A stretch of DNA of 64,000 nt, from the NCBI GenBank assembly GCA_963826115.1, contig CAWGVS010000005.1, forward strand, positions 1,312,001 to 1,376,000. Direction: 5' to 3'. Every line of letters starts with the position of its first letter. Position 1 is the stretch's first letter. The position numbers were made by a program, and so were the translations under genes. The notes beneath the pieces are model-generated. The model ran no database searches. It worked only from the letters and a program-made list of their open reading frames with translations, and was not told the origin of the DNA. Source of the stretch: an uncultured Candidatus Rokubacteria bacterium (GTDB lineage: Bacteria; Methylomirabilota; Methylomirabilia; Rokubacteriales; DASRDR01). Of this stretch, positions 54,169 through 64,000 are shown in pieces.

Positions 54169-55014
54169 TCAGGCGAGGGGCGCCCAGTAGCGGACCGGCT
54201 GGATCCCGCCGTCGCGGCGCGCCAGGAGCCAGGTGGAGCCCTTCTTCTTGGGCTCCCCCTCGCCCACCAAGGCCTCCACGACGTCGCCGTGCGTGCAGAG
54301 CACCACCGGGCCCGATCCCAGGCGGTCGACGAGCGCCAGCGCCTCCGCAACCGAGGCGCCCTCGGCGATCGCGGCGTCCCGCTCGACGGGCATGTCGAGA
54401 TGGGCGGCGAGCGGCTCGAGCGTCTGCACGCACCGGACGTACGGGCTCGAGACGAGCCGCGTCAGCGCGTAGCCCGAGAGCGGCGCGACGATGGCGTCCG
54501 CCTGGCGGCGTCCCCGCTTGTCGAGGGGGCGCAGGCGGTCGTCGCCGGTCCACTCGTCGCGACTGCCCGCCCGCCCGTGCCGCACCAGGAGGACGAGCGG
54601 GCGGAGCGCCGGCTCGAGCACGTCGAGGATCGCGCGGTCGCCGGGATAGGAGAGCTCCCGCCCCGCGGACGGCAGCGGCACCCAGCGGATCTCGTCCACT
54701 TCCGAGTTCGGCTGGAAGGCGCCCTCACGGACGGTCATCGCCCAGTAACGGACGCCCTTCGGACGCCCCCTCCGGTCGCGGTACCGGCTCTCGCCGAGCT
54801 CGGGCCCCAGGAGGCACTCGAACCCCGTCTCCTCGGCGACCTCGCGGAGCGCGCAGTCCTCCTCCGCCTCGCCGGGCTCGACCTTCCCCTTCGGAAGGGT
54901 CCAGTCCCGATGGCCGGGCCGATGGACCAGCAGGACGTCGATCTGACGGCCGGCGCCGACCCGGAGGACCGCCCCGCCCGCCGCCCGGATCTCCGGCGCT
55001 AGGCGGCCTTCCAC
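54169..55014 (-). CDS. Nudix hydrolase-histidine phosphatase fusion (MutT1-like)
   Basis: AAGG, VHRP..DW.LPKGK, Nudix box GKVEPGE...[10 protein letters not shown]; then VRHG.AG, SSPY.RC.QT, CTHG. Confidence 0.88.
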   Translation of the reverse strand: MEGRLAPEIRAAGGAVLRVGAGRQIDVLLVHRPGHRDWTLPKGKVEPGEAEEDCALREVAEETGFECLLGPELGESRYRDRRGRPKGVRYWAMTVREGAFQPNSEVDEIRWVPLPSAGRELSYPGDRAILDVLEPALRPLVLLVRHGRAGSRDEWTGDDRLRPLDKRGRRQADAIVAPLSGYALTRLVSSPYVRCVQTLEPLAAHLDMPVERDAAIAEGASVAEALALVDRLGSGPVVLCTHGDVVEALVGEGEPKKKGSTWLLARRDGGIQPVRYWAPLA

Positions 55015-56408
55015 GCGCCCTGCCGCACGAGGTCGTCGCCGACGGCCTGGATCCCTCGGGCGACGCCGTCCACCACGAAGTCCACCTGCTCCCGCGTGAT
55101 GCAGAGCGGCGGCGAGAGGGCGACGACGTGCCCGACCGGGAGCGCGCGAACGATCAGCCCGTCCTCGAGGCAGCGGGCGGCGACCGCCTGGCTCACCTTC
55201 TCCGTGGGCTCGAACGGTCGCCGCGTCGCGCGGTCGGCCATCAGCTGGACGCCCGCGACGAGCCCGACACCCCGGACGTCGCCCACCAGCGGGAGCCCGG
55301 CGACGCGCTCGCGGAGCGCGGCCTGCATGTAGGCGCCGGTGCGCGCGGCGTTTCCGATCAGGTCCTCGCCGAGGAGGATGTCGAGGTTCGCCATGGCCGC
55401 GGCCGCCCCCACCGGGTGTCCGCTGTAGGTGAAGCCGTGGGCGAACGCGCCGACCTCGGGCGAGCCGGCCTGGAGCACCGACCACACTCGCTCCGAGACG
55501 ATCACGCCCGACAGCGGGAAGTACCCGCTGGTGAGCCCCTTGGCGACGGTCATCAGGTCGGGCTGGATGTCGTACACGTGGGAGCCGAACGGGCGCCCGA
55601 GGCGACCGAACCCGCAGATCACCTCGTCGACGATCATCAGGATGTCGTGCTTCCGGAGCACGGCCTGGACCCGGTCGAAGTACGTCCGCGGCGGGACGAG
55701 CACGCCGCCAGTACCCATGATCGGCTCGGCAATGAACGCGCCGATCGTGTCGGGCCCCTCGCGCTCGATGAGGGCCTCGAGCTCGGCGACCACGGAGGCG
55801 GCGTACGCCTCCTCGGTGACACCGGGCGCGGCGTCGCGGTAGTAATCCGGCGCCTTCGTGTGGAGCACCATCGGGAGCGGCAGGTCGAAGGCGCGGTGGA
55901 ACGTCGGGAGGCCGGTCAGGCTGGCCGCCGCCACCGTGCTCCCGTGATAGGCGCCGAGGCGCGAGATGATCTTCTTCTTCCGGGGTTTCCCGCGGAGGTT
56001 GTTGTAGTACCAGACGAGCTTCACCTGGGTGTCGTTCGCCTCGGAGCCGGAGTTGGCGAAGAACACCCGGCTCATCCGGCCCGGCACCATCCCCAGCAGG
56101 CGGTCGGCCAGGCGGATCTGCGGCTCGTTCGACATCGACGAGAACGTGTGGTAGTAACCGAGCCGCCGCGACTGGGCGGCGATGGCGTCGCTCACCTCGG
56201 TGCGGCCGTATCCGATGTTCACGCACCACAGCCCGGCGAAGGCGTCGAGGTAGCGGCGGCCGTTCGAGTCCGTCAACATGACGCCCGCGCCGTCGGTCAT
56301 GATCCGCGGTCCCGTGCGCAGGTGGTCGGCGATCGACGTCGACGGGTGGAGCACGCGCTCCTTGTCGAGGGTCTCGAGGGTCTGCATGTCGGAGGGCTTG
56401 CCGCTCAT
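54999..56408 (-). CDS. Class III aminotransferase (omega-amino acid/putrescine:pyruvate-type)
   Basis: DAFAGLWC...[52 protein letters not shown]. Confidence 0.93.
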   Translation of the reverse strand: MSGKPSDMQTLETLDKERVLHPSTSIADHLRTGPRIMTDGAGVMLTDSNGRRYLDAFAGLWCVNIGYGRTEVSDAIAAQSRRLGYYHTFSSMSNEPQIRLADRLLGMVPGRMSRVFFANSGSEANDTQVKLVWYYNNLRGKPRKKKIISRLGAYHGSTVAAASLTGLPTFHRAFDLPLPMVLHTKAPDYYRDAAPGVTEEAYAASVVAELEALIEREGPDTIGAFIAEPIMGTGGVLVPPRTYFDRVQAVLRKHDILMIVDEVICGFGRLGRPFGSHVYDIQPDLMTVAKGLTSGYFPLSGVIVSERVWSVLQAGSPEVGAFAHGFTYSGHPVGAAAAMANLDILLGEDLIGNAARTGAYMQAALRERVAGLPLVGDVRGVGLVAGVQLMADRATRRPFEPTEKVSQAVAARCLEDGLIVRALPVGHVVALSPPLCITREQVDFVVDGVARGIQAVGDDLVRQGAWKAA

Positions 56409-56505
56409 CGTCAGGCTCCTTCGGGGCGTCCGCCGGGACGGGCGCGTGGAATCGGTCGTCCGGTCGCTCATGATACGCCAAGCGCCGGCGCCGCGCGCGG
56501 GTCGC

Positions 56506-57744
56506 TCAGCCGCGGCGGTACGCGCGGAGCGCGGGCGAGCGCCAGGCAATCCACGACGTGCTCACCAGGCTCGCCGCCCCGCCGAGCACGACCGCGAGCC
56601 CCGCCCCGAGCCACTGGGCGACGACGCCGGCCTCGAACTCCCCGAGCTGCGGCCCGCCCATGAAGAACAGCATGCTGATGCCGACCATGCGGCCGCGCAG
56701 GTGGTCGGGCGTCTCGAACTGCCGCACGATGTTCCGGAGGACGGCGCTGACCGTGTCGGCCGAGCCCGTGACGGCAAGGGCGAAGAACATCGGCCAGAAG
56801 CTCCGCGAGAACCCGAAGACGATCGTCGCCACGCCGTAGACGGCCACCGCCCAGAGCAGCACGAGGCCCCGCCGGCGGATGCGGCCGGCGAGCCGGACCA
56901 TCGCCACGCTGGCCACCACGGCGCCGATCGAGGGCGCGGCGTAGAGCCAGCCGTACCCGTGCGGCCCCACGTCCAGCACGTCCTGCGCGAACAGGGGCAA
57001 GAGAGCGGTCGCCGAGCAGAAGAAGGTCGCGATGCCGTCGAGGAGCAGAGTCGACCGGAGCAGCGGCGCCCCGAACACGAACCGGAGCCCCTCCCCGAGC
57101 GAGTGAAGGCTGACGGCGCCCCGGCTCGCGGGACGCATCGGGGGCAGGTCCCGCATCAGCAGGAGCGCGGTGATCGTCGCGATGAACGAAACGGCGTTCA
57201 GGGCGTACACGGTGGCGATGCCCACCGTGGCCAGCGCGACGCCCGCCAGGGTCGGCCCGAGGACGGACGCGGTCTGGTACACGATCGAGTTGAGGCTGAT
57301 GGCGTTCGGCAGGTGCTCGCGCGGCACGAGGCTCGGCAGGAGCGACTGGCGCGCCGGGCCGTCGGCGGCGCCCGCCGCCGCGCCCGCTCCCGCCACGATC
57401 AGGATGACCCACGCGCTCGCCAAGCCCGCCGCCGTGAGGACGGCGAGCAGCGTGGCGGCCAGCATCATCACGGTCTGGGCAACCAGCATGAGCCGCCGGC
57501 GGTCGACCGCGTCGGCCAGCACCCCGCTCCACATCCCGAAGACGAGGATGGGGCCGACCCGGGCGAGGCCGACGAGTCCGAGGGACAGCGCCTTCCATCC
57601 GGGTGGCGCGAGCAGCGAGATGTGCCAGAGGAGCGCCGCGCCCTGCATCATGGTGCCCGACATGGACACCAGCTGGCCCAGCCAGAGGAGACGGAAGTTC
57701 CGGTGGCGGAGGGCAACGAAGGTCGAGTGGTCCGCCGGCGGCAC
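56506..57744 (-). CDS. MFS transporter (EntS/MFS_3-like)
   Basis: [43 protein letters not shown]; GTG start inferred. Confidence 0.88.
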   Translation of the reverse strand: MPPADHSTFVALRHRNFRLLWLGQLVSMSGTMMQGAALLWHISLLAPPGWKALSLGLVGLARVGPILVFGMWSGVLADAVDRRRLMLVAQTVMMLAATLLAVLTAAGLASAWVILIVAGAGAAAGAADGPARQSLLPSLVPREHLPNAISLNSIVYQTASVLGPTLAGVALATVGIATVYALNAVSFIATITALLLMRDLPPMRPASRGAVSLHSLGEGLRFVFGAPLLRSTLLLDGIATFFCSATALLPLFAQDVLDVGPHGYGWLYAAPSIGAVVASVAMVRLAGRIRRRGLVLLWAVAVYGVATIVFGFSRSFWPMFFALAVTGSADTVSAVLRNIVRQFETPDHLRGRMVGISMLFFMGGPQLGEFEAGVVAQWLGAGLAVVLGGAASLVSTSWIAWRSPALRAYRRG

Positions 57745-57746
57745 CG

Positions 57747-58376
57747 CTACCTCGGGTTCCGGCGCAGACCCCGCCGCGACCCCCGCGCGGTGCGGGCGGC
57801 GCGCCGCCCTCCGGCGGCCCACGTCTCGCGCACGATGGCCCACCGCTCGTGGTCCCGCCAGCGCCCGCCGACCTTGAGGTAGCGCGGTGAGAAGCCTTCC
57901 TGCCGGAAGCCGAGGCGCTGCGCGAGCCGGCGGGACGCGCCATTCCCCGGCTGGATGTTGGCCTCCAGGCGGTGGAGCCCGAGACCCTGGAAAGCGTGGC
58001 GCAGGACGAGCCCGAGGCCCTCGGTCATGTAGCCCTGCCCCGCGTGGGGCCGGAACGCGTAGTAGCCGAGGTAGGCGCTCTGGAATGCGGCGCGCACGAT
58101 CTCGCTCACGTTGACCACGCCGACGATGGCGCCGTCGGCTTGGCGGCAGACCAGGAGGCGATGCCGGGTCGGGCCGGCACCGCGGAGCCAGCGCCCGAGG
58201 GCCGCGACGGTCACCGGCGGGTAGACCCAGGGACGGTGAAGCGCGCGGCTCCGCCGCGCCAGGGCGGCCAGCTCGGCCCGGTCGGCCGGCGCCGGGGTCC
58301 GGATGAAGGCGAGCCGTCCCGTCTCGAGCGCCCCGGGTGGACGGCGCGCGCCCGCTCGCTTCCGGGCCGGCCGCAC
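57747..58376 (-). CDS. GNAT N-acetyltransferase (RimJ-like)
   Basis: LHRPWV.PP, IVRAAFQSAYLGY, GQGYMTE, LHRLEANIQP.N, EGFSPRYL...G.WRDHERW; TAGTG coupling. Confidence 0.9.
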   Translation of the reverse strand: MRPARKRAGARRPPGALETGRLAFIRTPAPADRAELAALARRSRALHRPWVYPPVTVAALGRWLRGAGPTRHRLLVCRQADGAIVGVVNVSEIVRAAFQSAYLGYYAFRPHAGQGYMTEGLGLVLRHAFQGLGLHRLEANIQPGNGASRRLAQRLGFRQEGFSPRYLKVGGRWRDHERWAIVRETWAAGGRRAARTARGSRRGLRRNPR

Positions 58377-59455
58377 TAGACCGCGACGCCCCGGAGCGTG
58401 AGCTCGCGAGCCCGGTGACAGGCGACGACGTGCCCGGGGGCGATCTCCTCGAGGCGCGGAGTCTCGGTCCGGCAGGCCTCCACGGCGTACGAGCACCGCG
58501 GGTGGAAGTAGCAGCCCGGCGGGGGGTTCGCAGGGTCGGCGACGTCGCCCTCCAGCACGATGCGCTGGGTGCGGAGCCGCGGGTCTGGCTTGGGCACGGC
58601 GGAGAGCAAGGCTTCCGTGTACGGGTGGCGTGGCGTCGTGAACAGGCGCTCGGTGTCCGCGACCTCGACGATCCGGCCCACGTACATGACCGCCACGCGA
58701 TCGCTCACGTGCTTCACGACCGACAGGTCGTGGGCGACGAACAGGTACGTGAGCCCCAGCTCGCTCTGGAGGTCCAGCATCAGGTTGAGGATTTGCGCCT
58801 GCACCGAGACGTCGAGCGCCGACACCGGCTCGTCGGCCACCACGAGGCTCGGGTTCAGGGCCAGCGCCCGGGCGATCCCGATGCGCTGCCGCTGGCCGCC
58901 GCTGAACGCGTGGGGGAAGCGCTGCATGTACTCCGGCCGGAGCCCGACCAGCCGGAGCAGCTCGGCCACCCGGTCGGCGCGCTCGCGCCGGGTGCCGACG
59001 CCGTTCACCAGGAGCGGCTCCCCGACGATGTCGCGGAGCGTCTTCCGGGGGTTCAGCGACGAGAACGGGTCCTGGAAGATCATCTGCATCTGGCGCCGCA
59101 GCGGGCGGAGCCGGCGCCTGGGCAAGGTCGCCACGTCGACCACCTGGCCGTCGGCCCCGCGGAAGAGGATCTCGCCCGCGGTCGGGACGATCGCGCGCAG
59201 GATGCAGCGAGAGGTGGTGGTCTTGCCGCACCCGCTCTCGCCCACCAGCGAGAGCGTCTCGCCCCGCCGGAGCTCGAAGCTCACGTCGTCCACCGCCCGG
59301 ACGTGACCCACCACGCGGCGGAGGAGGCCCCGACGGATCGGGAAGTACTTCCTGAGCCCCCGGACCTCGAGGAGCGGGCCGGCTGCGGCCCGGGCCGCGC
59401 CGTCGGAGCCCGGCAGGCCCGAGGGCGGCGCGGGGCGCGCGGGCCGCTCGCTCAT
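58376..59455 (-). CDS. oppF: Oligopeptide/dipeptide ABC ATP-binding protein
   Basis: [41 protein letters not shown]. Confidence 0.93.
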   Translation of the reverse strand: MSERPARPAPPSGLPGSDGAARAAAGPLLEVRGLRKYFPIRRGLLRRVVGHVRAVDDVSFELRRGETLSLVGESGCGKTTTSRCILRAIVPTAGEILFRGADGQVVDVATLPRRRLRPLRRQMQMIFQDPFSSLNPRKTLRDIVGEPLLVNGVGTRRERADRVAELLRLVGLRPEYMQRFPHAFSGGQRQRIGIARALALNPSLVVADEPVSALDVSVQAQILNLMLDLQSELGLTYLFVAHDLSVVKHVSDRVAVMYVGRIVEVADTERLFTTPRHPYTEALLSAVPKPDPRLRTQRIVLEGDVADPANPPPGCYFHPRCSYAVEACRTETPRLEEIAPGHVVACHRARELTLRGVAV

Positions 59456-60519
59456 GCGCCCGCTCGGACCGCGGCCGAGGCGGCCGCGTCCCGCGGGGGG
59501 TGATGGAGGAAGCAGCTCACCGCCACACTGTCCGCGCCGGCCACGGGCAGGAGCTCTGGCTCGTGCCGCTCGCACGTCCCGCGGATCCACTCGACGCAGC
59601 GGGGGTGGAACGGGCAGCCCGCAGGCCGGTTGTGCGGGTGCGGGATGGAGCCGCTGATCGTCGGCAGCTTCGTCCGGACCTGGGCCTGGATGGACGGGAT
59701 CGAGCGGAGCAGGGCCTGCGTGTACGGGTGCTGCGGGTTGTGGAAGATCGCGTCGACGGGGCCGCGCTCCACCACGCGGCCGAGATACATCACGACCACC
59801 TCGTCGCACATCTCGGCAACGACGCCGAGGTTGTGGGTGATCATCATGATCGCCATGCCCTCCTTGGCCTGGAGGCCCCGGAGGAGGTCCAGGATCTGCG
59901 CCTGCGTCGTCACGTCGAGGGCCGTGGTCGGCTCGTCGGCGATCAGGACGCGCGGGCCGCAGGAGAGGGCGGTCGCGATCATCGCTCGCTGCCGGAGACC
60001 TCCGCTCAGCTGGAAGGCGTATTCGTCTATCCGGCGCTCCGGCTTGGGGATGCCGACCTGGCGCAGGAGGCCGATGGCGCGCTCGCGCGCCTGCTTGGCG
60101 TCCACGCCGAGGTGGAGGCGGATCGTCTCCACCATCTGGTTCCCGACGGTGTGGACGGGGCTGAACGACGTCATGGGCTCCTGGAAGATGAGCCCGATGT
60201 CCCCGCCCCGGATCTGGCGCATCTCGCGGCTCTCGGGGTCCATCGTGGCCACGTTCACCGTCGCCTCGGGCTGACTGTTCGCCCCGGGGCGGCGGAGACG
60301 GATCTCGCCGCTCACGATCCGGCCCGGCTTTTCCACGATCCGCAGGATCGAGCGCGCGGTGACGCTCTTCCCGCAGCCGCTCTCGCCGACGATGCCGAGG
60401 GTCCGCCCCGCGTGGAGCGCGAAGCTCGCTCCGTCGACCGCCTTCACGACCCCCTCCTCGGCGAAGAAGTACGTCCGGAGGTCCCGCACCTCGAGAATCG
60501 GGGCCAGGTCATGCCCCAT
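59452..60519 (-). CDS. oppD: Oligopeptide/dipeptide ABC ATP-binding protein
   Basis: [36 protein letters not shown]. Confidence 0.93.
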   Translation of the reverse strand: MGHDLAPILEVRDLRTYFFAEEGVVKAVDGASFALHAGRTLGIVGESGCGKSVTARSILRIVEKPGRIVSGEIRLRRPGANSQPEATVNVATMDPESREMRQIRGGDIGLIFQEPMTSFSPVHTVGNQMVETIRLHLGVDAKQARERAIGLLRQVGIPKPERRIDEYAFQLSGGLRQRAMIATALSCGPRVLIADEPTTALDVTTQAQILDLLRGLQAKEGMAIMMITHNLGVVAEMCDEVVVMYLGRVVERGPVDAIFHNPQHPYTQALLRSIPSIQAQVRTKLPTISGSIPHPHNRPAGCPFHPRCVEWIRGTCERHEPELLPVAGADSVAVSCFLHHPPRDAAASAAVRAGA

Positions 60520-60565
60520 CGGCCCCGTCCCGCCACCCGATTGACCGGAAGGCACGGTCTGACCG

Positions 60566-61780
60566 TCAGTGGCCGTAGGGGTCGGCGGCGTCGCGGAGGC
60601 CGTCGCCCATGAAGTTGAAGGCGATGATGACGACGATCACCGGGATCGCCGAGATGAGGAGCCAGGGCGAGATGGCGAGCGCCTGGATGTTCTGGGCCTG
60701 CTGGAGCAGCACCCCCCAGCTGATGGCCGGCGGCCGGAGCCCCAGTCCCAAGAACGAGAGCGACGTCTCGCTGATGATCATTGCCGGGATCGCGAGCGTC
60801 GTCGCCGCGATGATGTGCGACAGGAACGACGGCACCATGTGGCTCAGGATGATGCGGGGCCGGCTACAGCCCGCCAGCTCGGCGGCCATCACGAACTCCT
60901 CCTCGCGGAGGGACAGGAACCGGCCGCGCACCACCCGGGCGAGCTCGGTCCAGCCGATGAGCGAGATGATGATCGTGATGGCCAGGTACACCTGGATCAC
61001 CGACCAGTCGTTCGGGAGCGCGGCCGCCAGCCCCATCCAGAGCGGGATCGTCGGGATGGACCGCACGATCTCGATGACCCGCTGGATCACGGTGTCGATG
61101 ACGCCGCCGTAGTAGCCGGAGATGCCGCCGAGGAGCACCCCCAGCACGAGGGCGATCGCCACGCCGGCGAGGCCGATGACGAGGGACGTGCGGCTCGCGT
61201 ACACGAGGCGCGACCACTGGTCCCGCCCCTGCTCGTCCGTGCCGAGGAGGAACAGCGTCTCCTCCGGCTTCGCGTCCTCCACCCCGATGAGATGGCGGTT
61301 CGCCGGGATGAAGCCGAAGAGGTAGTACTCGAACCCGGGCGTGAAGAACCGCACCCGGATCCGCTTCTCGGGATCCGGCGTGTAGACCCGCTTGAGCGTC
61401 ACGGGATCGCGCACGCCGGTCAGGCCGAACACGTGCGGCGAGAACCGGCCCTCGTCGAACCAGCGGATCCGCTGCGGCGGCAGCAGCGAGCGCTGCGCCT
61501 CCGACGCGGTGGGCGGCGCGTAGGCGAGGAAGTCCGCGAACACGACGCCGAGGTAGAAGAGCGCCACCACGACCGTCGCCACCATGGCGAGCTTGTGGCG
61601 GCGGAAGCGCCACCACATGAGCTGCCACTGGCTCGCGACGGAGATGCGCTCCTCGGCGACTGCGCCGACGGCGAGGTCGAGCCCGACGGCGACGGCGGCG
61701 CCGTCGGCGTCGGAGGAGCCCGCGGCCTCGGCGACCGGCGCCGGCGCGCGGCGGGCGTGAGGGGGCGGCAGCTCGGCTAT
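60566..61780 (-). CDS. oppC: Oligopeptide ABC permease (probable ATA start)
   Basis: SQWQLMWWRFRRHKLA, LLGTD..GRD, ETSLSFLGLG, SWG, GDGLRDAADP. Confidence 0.88.
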   Translation of the reverse strand: MAELPPPHARRAPAPVAEAAGSSDADGAAVAVGLDLAVGAVAEERISVASQWQLMWWRFRRHKLAMVATVVVALFYLGVVFADFLAYAPPTASEAQRSLLPPQRIRWFDEGRFSPHVFGLTGVRDPVTLKRVYTPDPEKRIRVRFFTPGFEYYLFGFIPANRHLIGVEDAKPEETLFLLGTDEQGRDQWSRLVYASRTSLVIGLAGVAIALVLGVLLGGISGYYGGVIDTVIQRVIEIVRSIPTIPLWMGLAAALPNDWSVIQVYLAITIIISLIGWTELARVVRGRFLSLREEEFVMAAELAGCSRPRIILSHMVPSFLSHIIAATTLAIPAMIISETSLSFLGLGLRPPAISWGVLLQQAQNIQALAISPWLLISAIPVIVVIIAFNFMGDGLRDAADPYGH

Positions 61781-62769
61781 CGCTTGCCTTCCATGCGGAT
61801 GCGCGGGTCGATCCACAGGAGGAGGAGGTCGGACAGGAAGGTGCCGACGACGGTCAGCACGCCCAGGAGGAGCACGATCGTCCCCGCAAGGAACATGTCC
61901 TGCGCGACCAGGGCCTTCAGGAGCAGCGGGCCGACCGTCGGCAGGCTCAGCACCAGGGACACGATGATGCTGCCCGACACCACGTACGGCAGGAGGTACC
62001 CGATCGTGCTCGCGAACGGGTTCAGCGCGACCCGCACCGGGTACTTCAGGATCACCCGCCGCTCGGGCACGCCGCGGGCCCGCGCCGTCATGACGTACGG
62101 TTTCCGGAGCTCGTCGAGCAGGTTCGCCCGCATGATCCGGATGAGCTGGGCCGTGCCCGCCAGCCCCAGGATCACGGCGGGCAGCGGGAGGTGCTTCAGC
62201 ATGTCCCAGGTCTTGGCGAGGCTCCACGGCGCCTCGACGAACTCGTCCGAGAACAGGCCGCCGATGCTCATGTTGAAGTACCGGAACCCGAGGTACATGA
62301 GGACGAGGGCCAGCATGAAGCTCGGCACCGCGAGGCCGATGAAGCCGATGAACGTCGCCAGGTAGTCCCCCGGCGAGTACTGGCGGACCGCCGAGTAGAT
62401 GCCGATCGGGAGGGCCAGGACCCAGGTCAGGACGATCGCGGCCACCGAGACCACCATGGTGAGCCACAGCCGGTCGCCGATGACCTCGGAGACCGGGCGC
62501 CTCCATTCGAGAGCCATCCCGAACCGGCCCCGCACGACCTGCTTCATCCAGCGGTAGTACTGGACCAGCATGGGCTTGTCGAGCCCGTACTCCTGCCGGA
62601 GCGCGTCGGCCTCCTGCTCGGAGACCGCGCCGCCGGAGGCGGACATCTGGGCGATGTAGGAGGTGATGTAGTCGCCCGGCGGCAGCTGGATGATGACGAA
62701 CGATAGGACGGAGATGGCCCAGATCGTCAGGAGGGCCAGCATGAGCCGCTGGACGAGGTAGGTCAGCAC
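61777..62769 (-). CDS. oppB: Oligopeptide ABC permease
   Basis: LPPGD, YGLDKP...QY, HL.LP, YV.TARARG, DPRIR. Confidence 0.93.
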   Translation of the reverse strand: MLTYLVQRLMLALLTIWAISVLSFVIIQLPPGDYITSYIAQMSASGGAVSEQEADALRQEYGLDKPMLVQYYRWMKQVVRGRFGMALEWRRPVSEVIGDRLWLTMVVSVAAIVLTWVLALPIGIYSAVRQYSPGDYLATFIGFIGLAVPSFMLALVLMYLGFRYFNMSIGGLFSDEFVEAPWSLAKTWDMLKHLPLPAVILGLAGTAQLIRIMRANLLDELRKPYVMTARARGVPERRVILKYPVRVALNPFASTIGYLLPYVVSGSIIVSLVLSLPTVGPLLLKALVAQDMFLAGTIVLLLGVLTVVGTFLSDLLLLWIDPRIRMEGKR

Positions 62770-62804
62770 GAACGCTTCATCTCAGGCTGGCGCCGTCCCG
62801 CGCC

Positions 62805-62840
62805 CGCCCCCCGGACGGCCCCGAGGGCCGCCGGGGGGCG
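62805..62840 (-). other. GC hairpin between oppA and oppB
   Basis: CGCCCCCCGG...CCGGGGGGCG outer stem with inner CGGCCC/GGGCCG stem. Confidence 0.55.
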
Positions 62841-62862
62841 AGACGGGGGGGCGCCTCGACCC

Positions 62863-64000
62863 CTACGCCTTGAAGTAGTACGTCGAGGGCTGCGAGGTGC
62901 CGGGCGTCCGGCAGTGCTGCGCGTTGATCTGCCGCGACGCCATGTTCCCCATCTTCCGGCTCGAGATTCGGACGCCCATCGTCGCCGGGGACTGGCCGAC
63001 GGTTCCGATCGAGTACTGCCCGTCGATCATGATCTTGAAGATCTCCTGGGCGATCTTGGCCCGCTCCGGGGCCTTCTTGCCGTTGGCCGACCGGAACATG
63101 TCCATCGCCTTGAGGAGCGGCGTGTCGTCGGGGGCCTTCCCCTGCTTGCCGCCGGAGGCGTACCACACCGCGAGCGGCGTGCCGAGGAGCGACTCGGCGG
63201 GATCCACCGGAATGCCGTGCCGCGGGAACAGGTACAGCTGCTCGGTGCCGTCGTTCGCCCAGATCGCGATCTGGTGCTCGTTCGCCCGGATGCGCGTGAA
63301 GAACAGGCTCCGCTCGACCTCCTTCACGTCCGCCTGGACGCCGATCTTCTTCCACTGCTCCTTGATCATCTCGGCGATCTGCGAGTGGGGAATGAACGCG
63401 CCCGCCGAGGTGAGGAGCTCGACCCGAAGCCGGCCCTTGCCGTCGGTCCGGAGCCGGTACCCTTCCCCGTCCTTCTTCGTGAGCCCGATCTTGTCGAGCA
63501 GCGCGTTCGACTGCTTGACGTCGAGGGTCGACCACTTCTTCCGCCACTCCGGCCCGGGATTGAACGGCGTGGAGTCCGCCGGCGCCACGGAGCCCGGCGT
63601 GCCGATGCCGAGCCAGAACGTCTCGTTCAGCTGGTCCCGGTCGATCCCCATCGACAGCGCGCGCCGGAAGTCCGCCGTGTGGAGCCACTTCGCCATCTCG
63701 GCGTCCGCGTCGTAGGAGTGGTTGACCTGGAGCGTCGCGTCGGAGCCGTTCAACGCCGGGTCGAGTCGCACGTCGTAGCCGACCTTGTCCCGGTTCTCCA
63801 GGAACACCGGGAGCTTGGTCATCGCCGTGTGGCGCTCCTGGAGGTCGTACTGGCCGGCGATGGCCCGGAGGTTCAGCACCTCGAGGTTCTCGGCGACCGT
63901 CATCTGGAGCCGGTCGATGTACGGGAGCTGGTTGCCGGCGGTGTCCACCTCGTAGAAGAACGGGTTCCGTTCCATCGTCCAGGTCGGGTTGTTGATGGGC
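62863..64000 (-). CDS. oppA: Peptide ABC substrate-binding protein, family 5 (partial, 5' end outside window)
   Basis: ERNP.FY.VD..GNQLPYID, FRRALS.GIDR, W.KIG. Confidence 0.9.
   Translation of the reverse strand, partial: PINNPTWTMERNPFFYEVDTAGNQLPYIDRLQMTVAENLEVLNLRAIAGQYDLQERHTAMTKLPVFLENRDKVGYDVRLDPALNGSDATLQVNHSYDADAEMAKWLHTADFRRALSMGIDRDQLNETFWLGIGTPGSVAPADSTPFNPGPEWRKKWSTLDVKQSNALLDKIGLTKKDGEGYRLRTDGKGRLRVELLTSAGAFIPHSQIAEMIKEQWKKIGVQADVKEVERSLFFTRIRANEHQIAIWANDGTEQLYLFPRHGIPVDPAESLLGTPLAVWYASGGKQGKAPDDTPLLKAMDMFRSANGKKAPERAKIAQEIFKIMIDGQYSIGTVGQSPATMGVRISSRKMGNMASRQINAQHCRTPGTSQPSTYYFKA

Noticed and set aside
52830-56663. 1277-aa plus-strand ORF
   Set aside because: Arg/Pro/Gly-rich off-frame and antisense shadow across the amidohydrolase, Nudix and aminotransferase genes
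1-64000. CRISPR arrays, tRNA/rRNA/tmRNA/SRP/RNase P, IS elements, prophage, selenocysteine recoding
   Set aside because: No spaced direct repeats, RNA consensus motifs, transposase/integrase ORFs or in-frame TGA in the Mo enzymes were seen by eye

Overview
Very GC-rich (roughly 70%+ by eye), gene-dense bacterial chromosome segment with about 60 CDS, almost all housekeeping or accessory metabolism and transport. It holds three ABC import systems (NitT/TauT-type, polar amino acid, Opp/Dpp), two stand-alone molybdopterin oxidoreductases, peptidases (M1, aminopeptidase P, penicillin acylase, GGT), a GcvT-family FAD oxidoreductase, aldolases and dehydrogenases, MFS/EamA transporters and several DUF proteins. 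Gene content and composition resemble Ca. Rokubacteria (Methylomirabilota), but that is an inference. I saw no rRNA, tRNA, CRISPR array, transposase, integrase or phage gene. The most unusual non-coding signal is a ~250-nt minus-strand intergenic unit (about 52400-52650) with a candidate TTGACA promoter, several hairpins, 14 GGA motifs and a 30-bp perfect palindrome, resembling a CsrB/Rsm-type protein-sponge sRNA. Other points of note are a TetR operator duplicated inside a coding sequence, several apparently leaderless genes, probable non-canonical starts (ATA, CTG), an orphan secreted protein, and single-base frameshifts that look like assembly errors.
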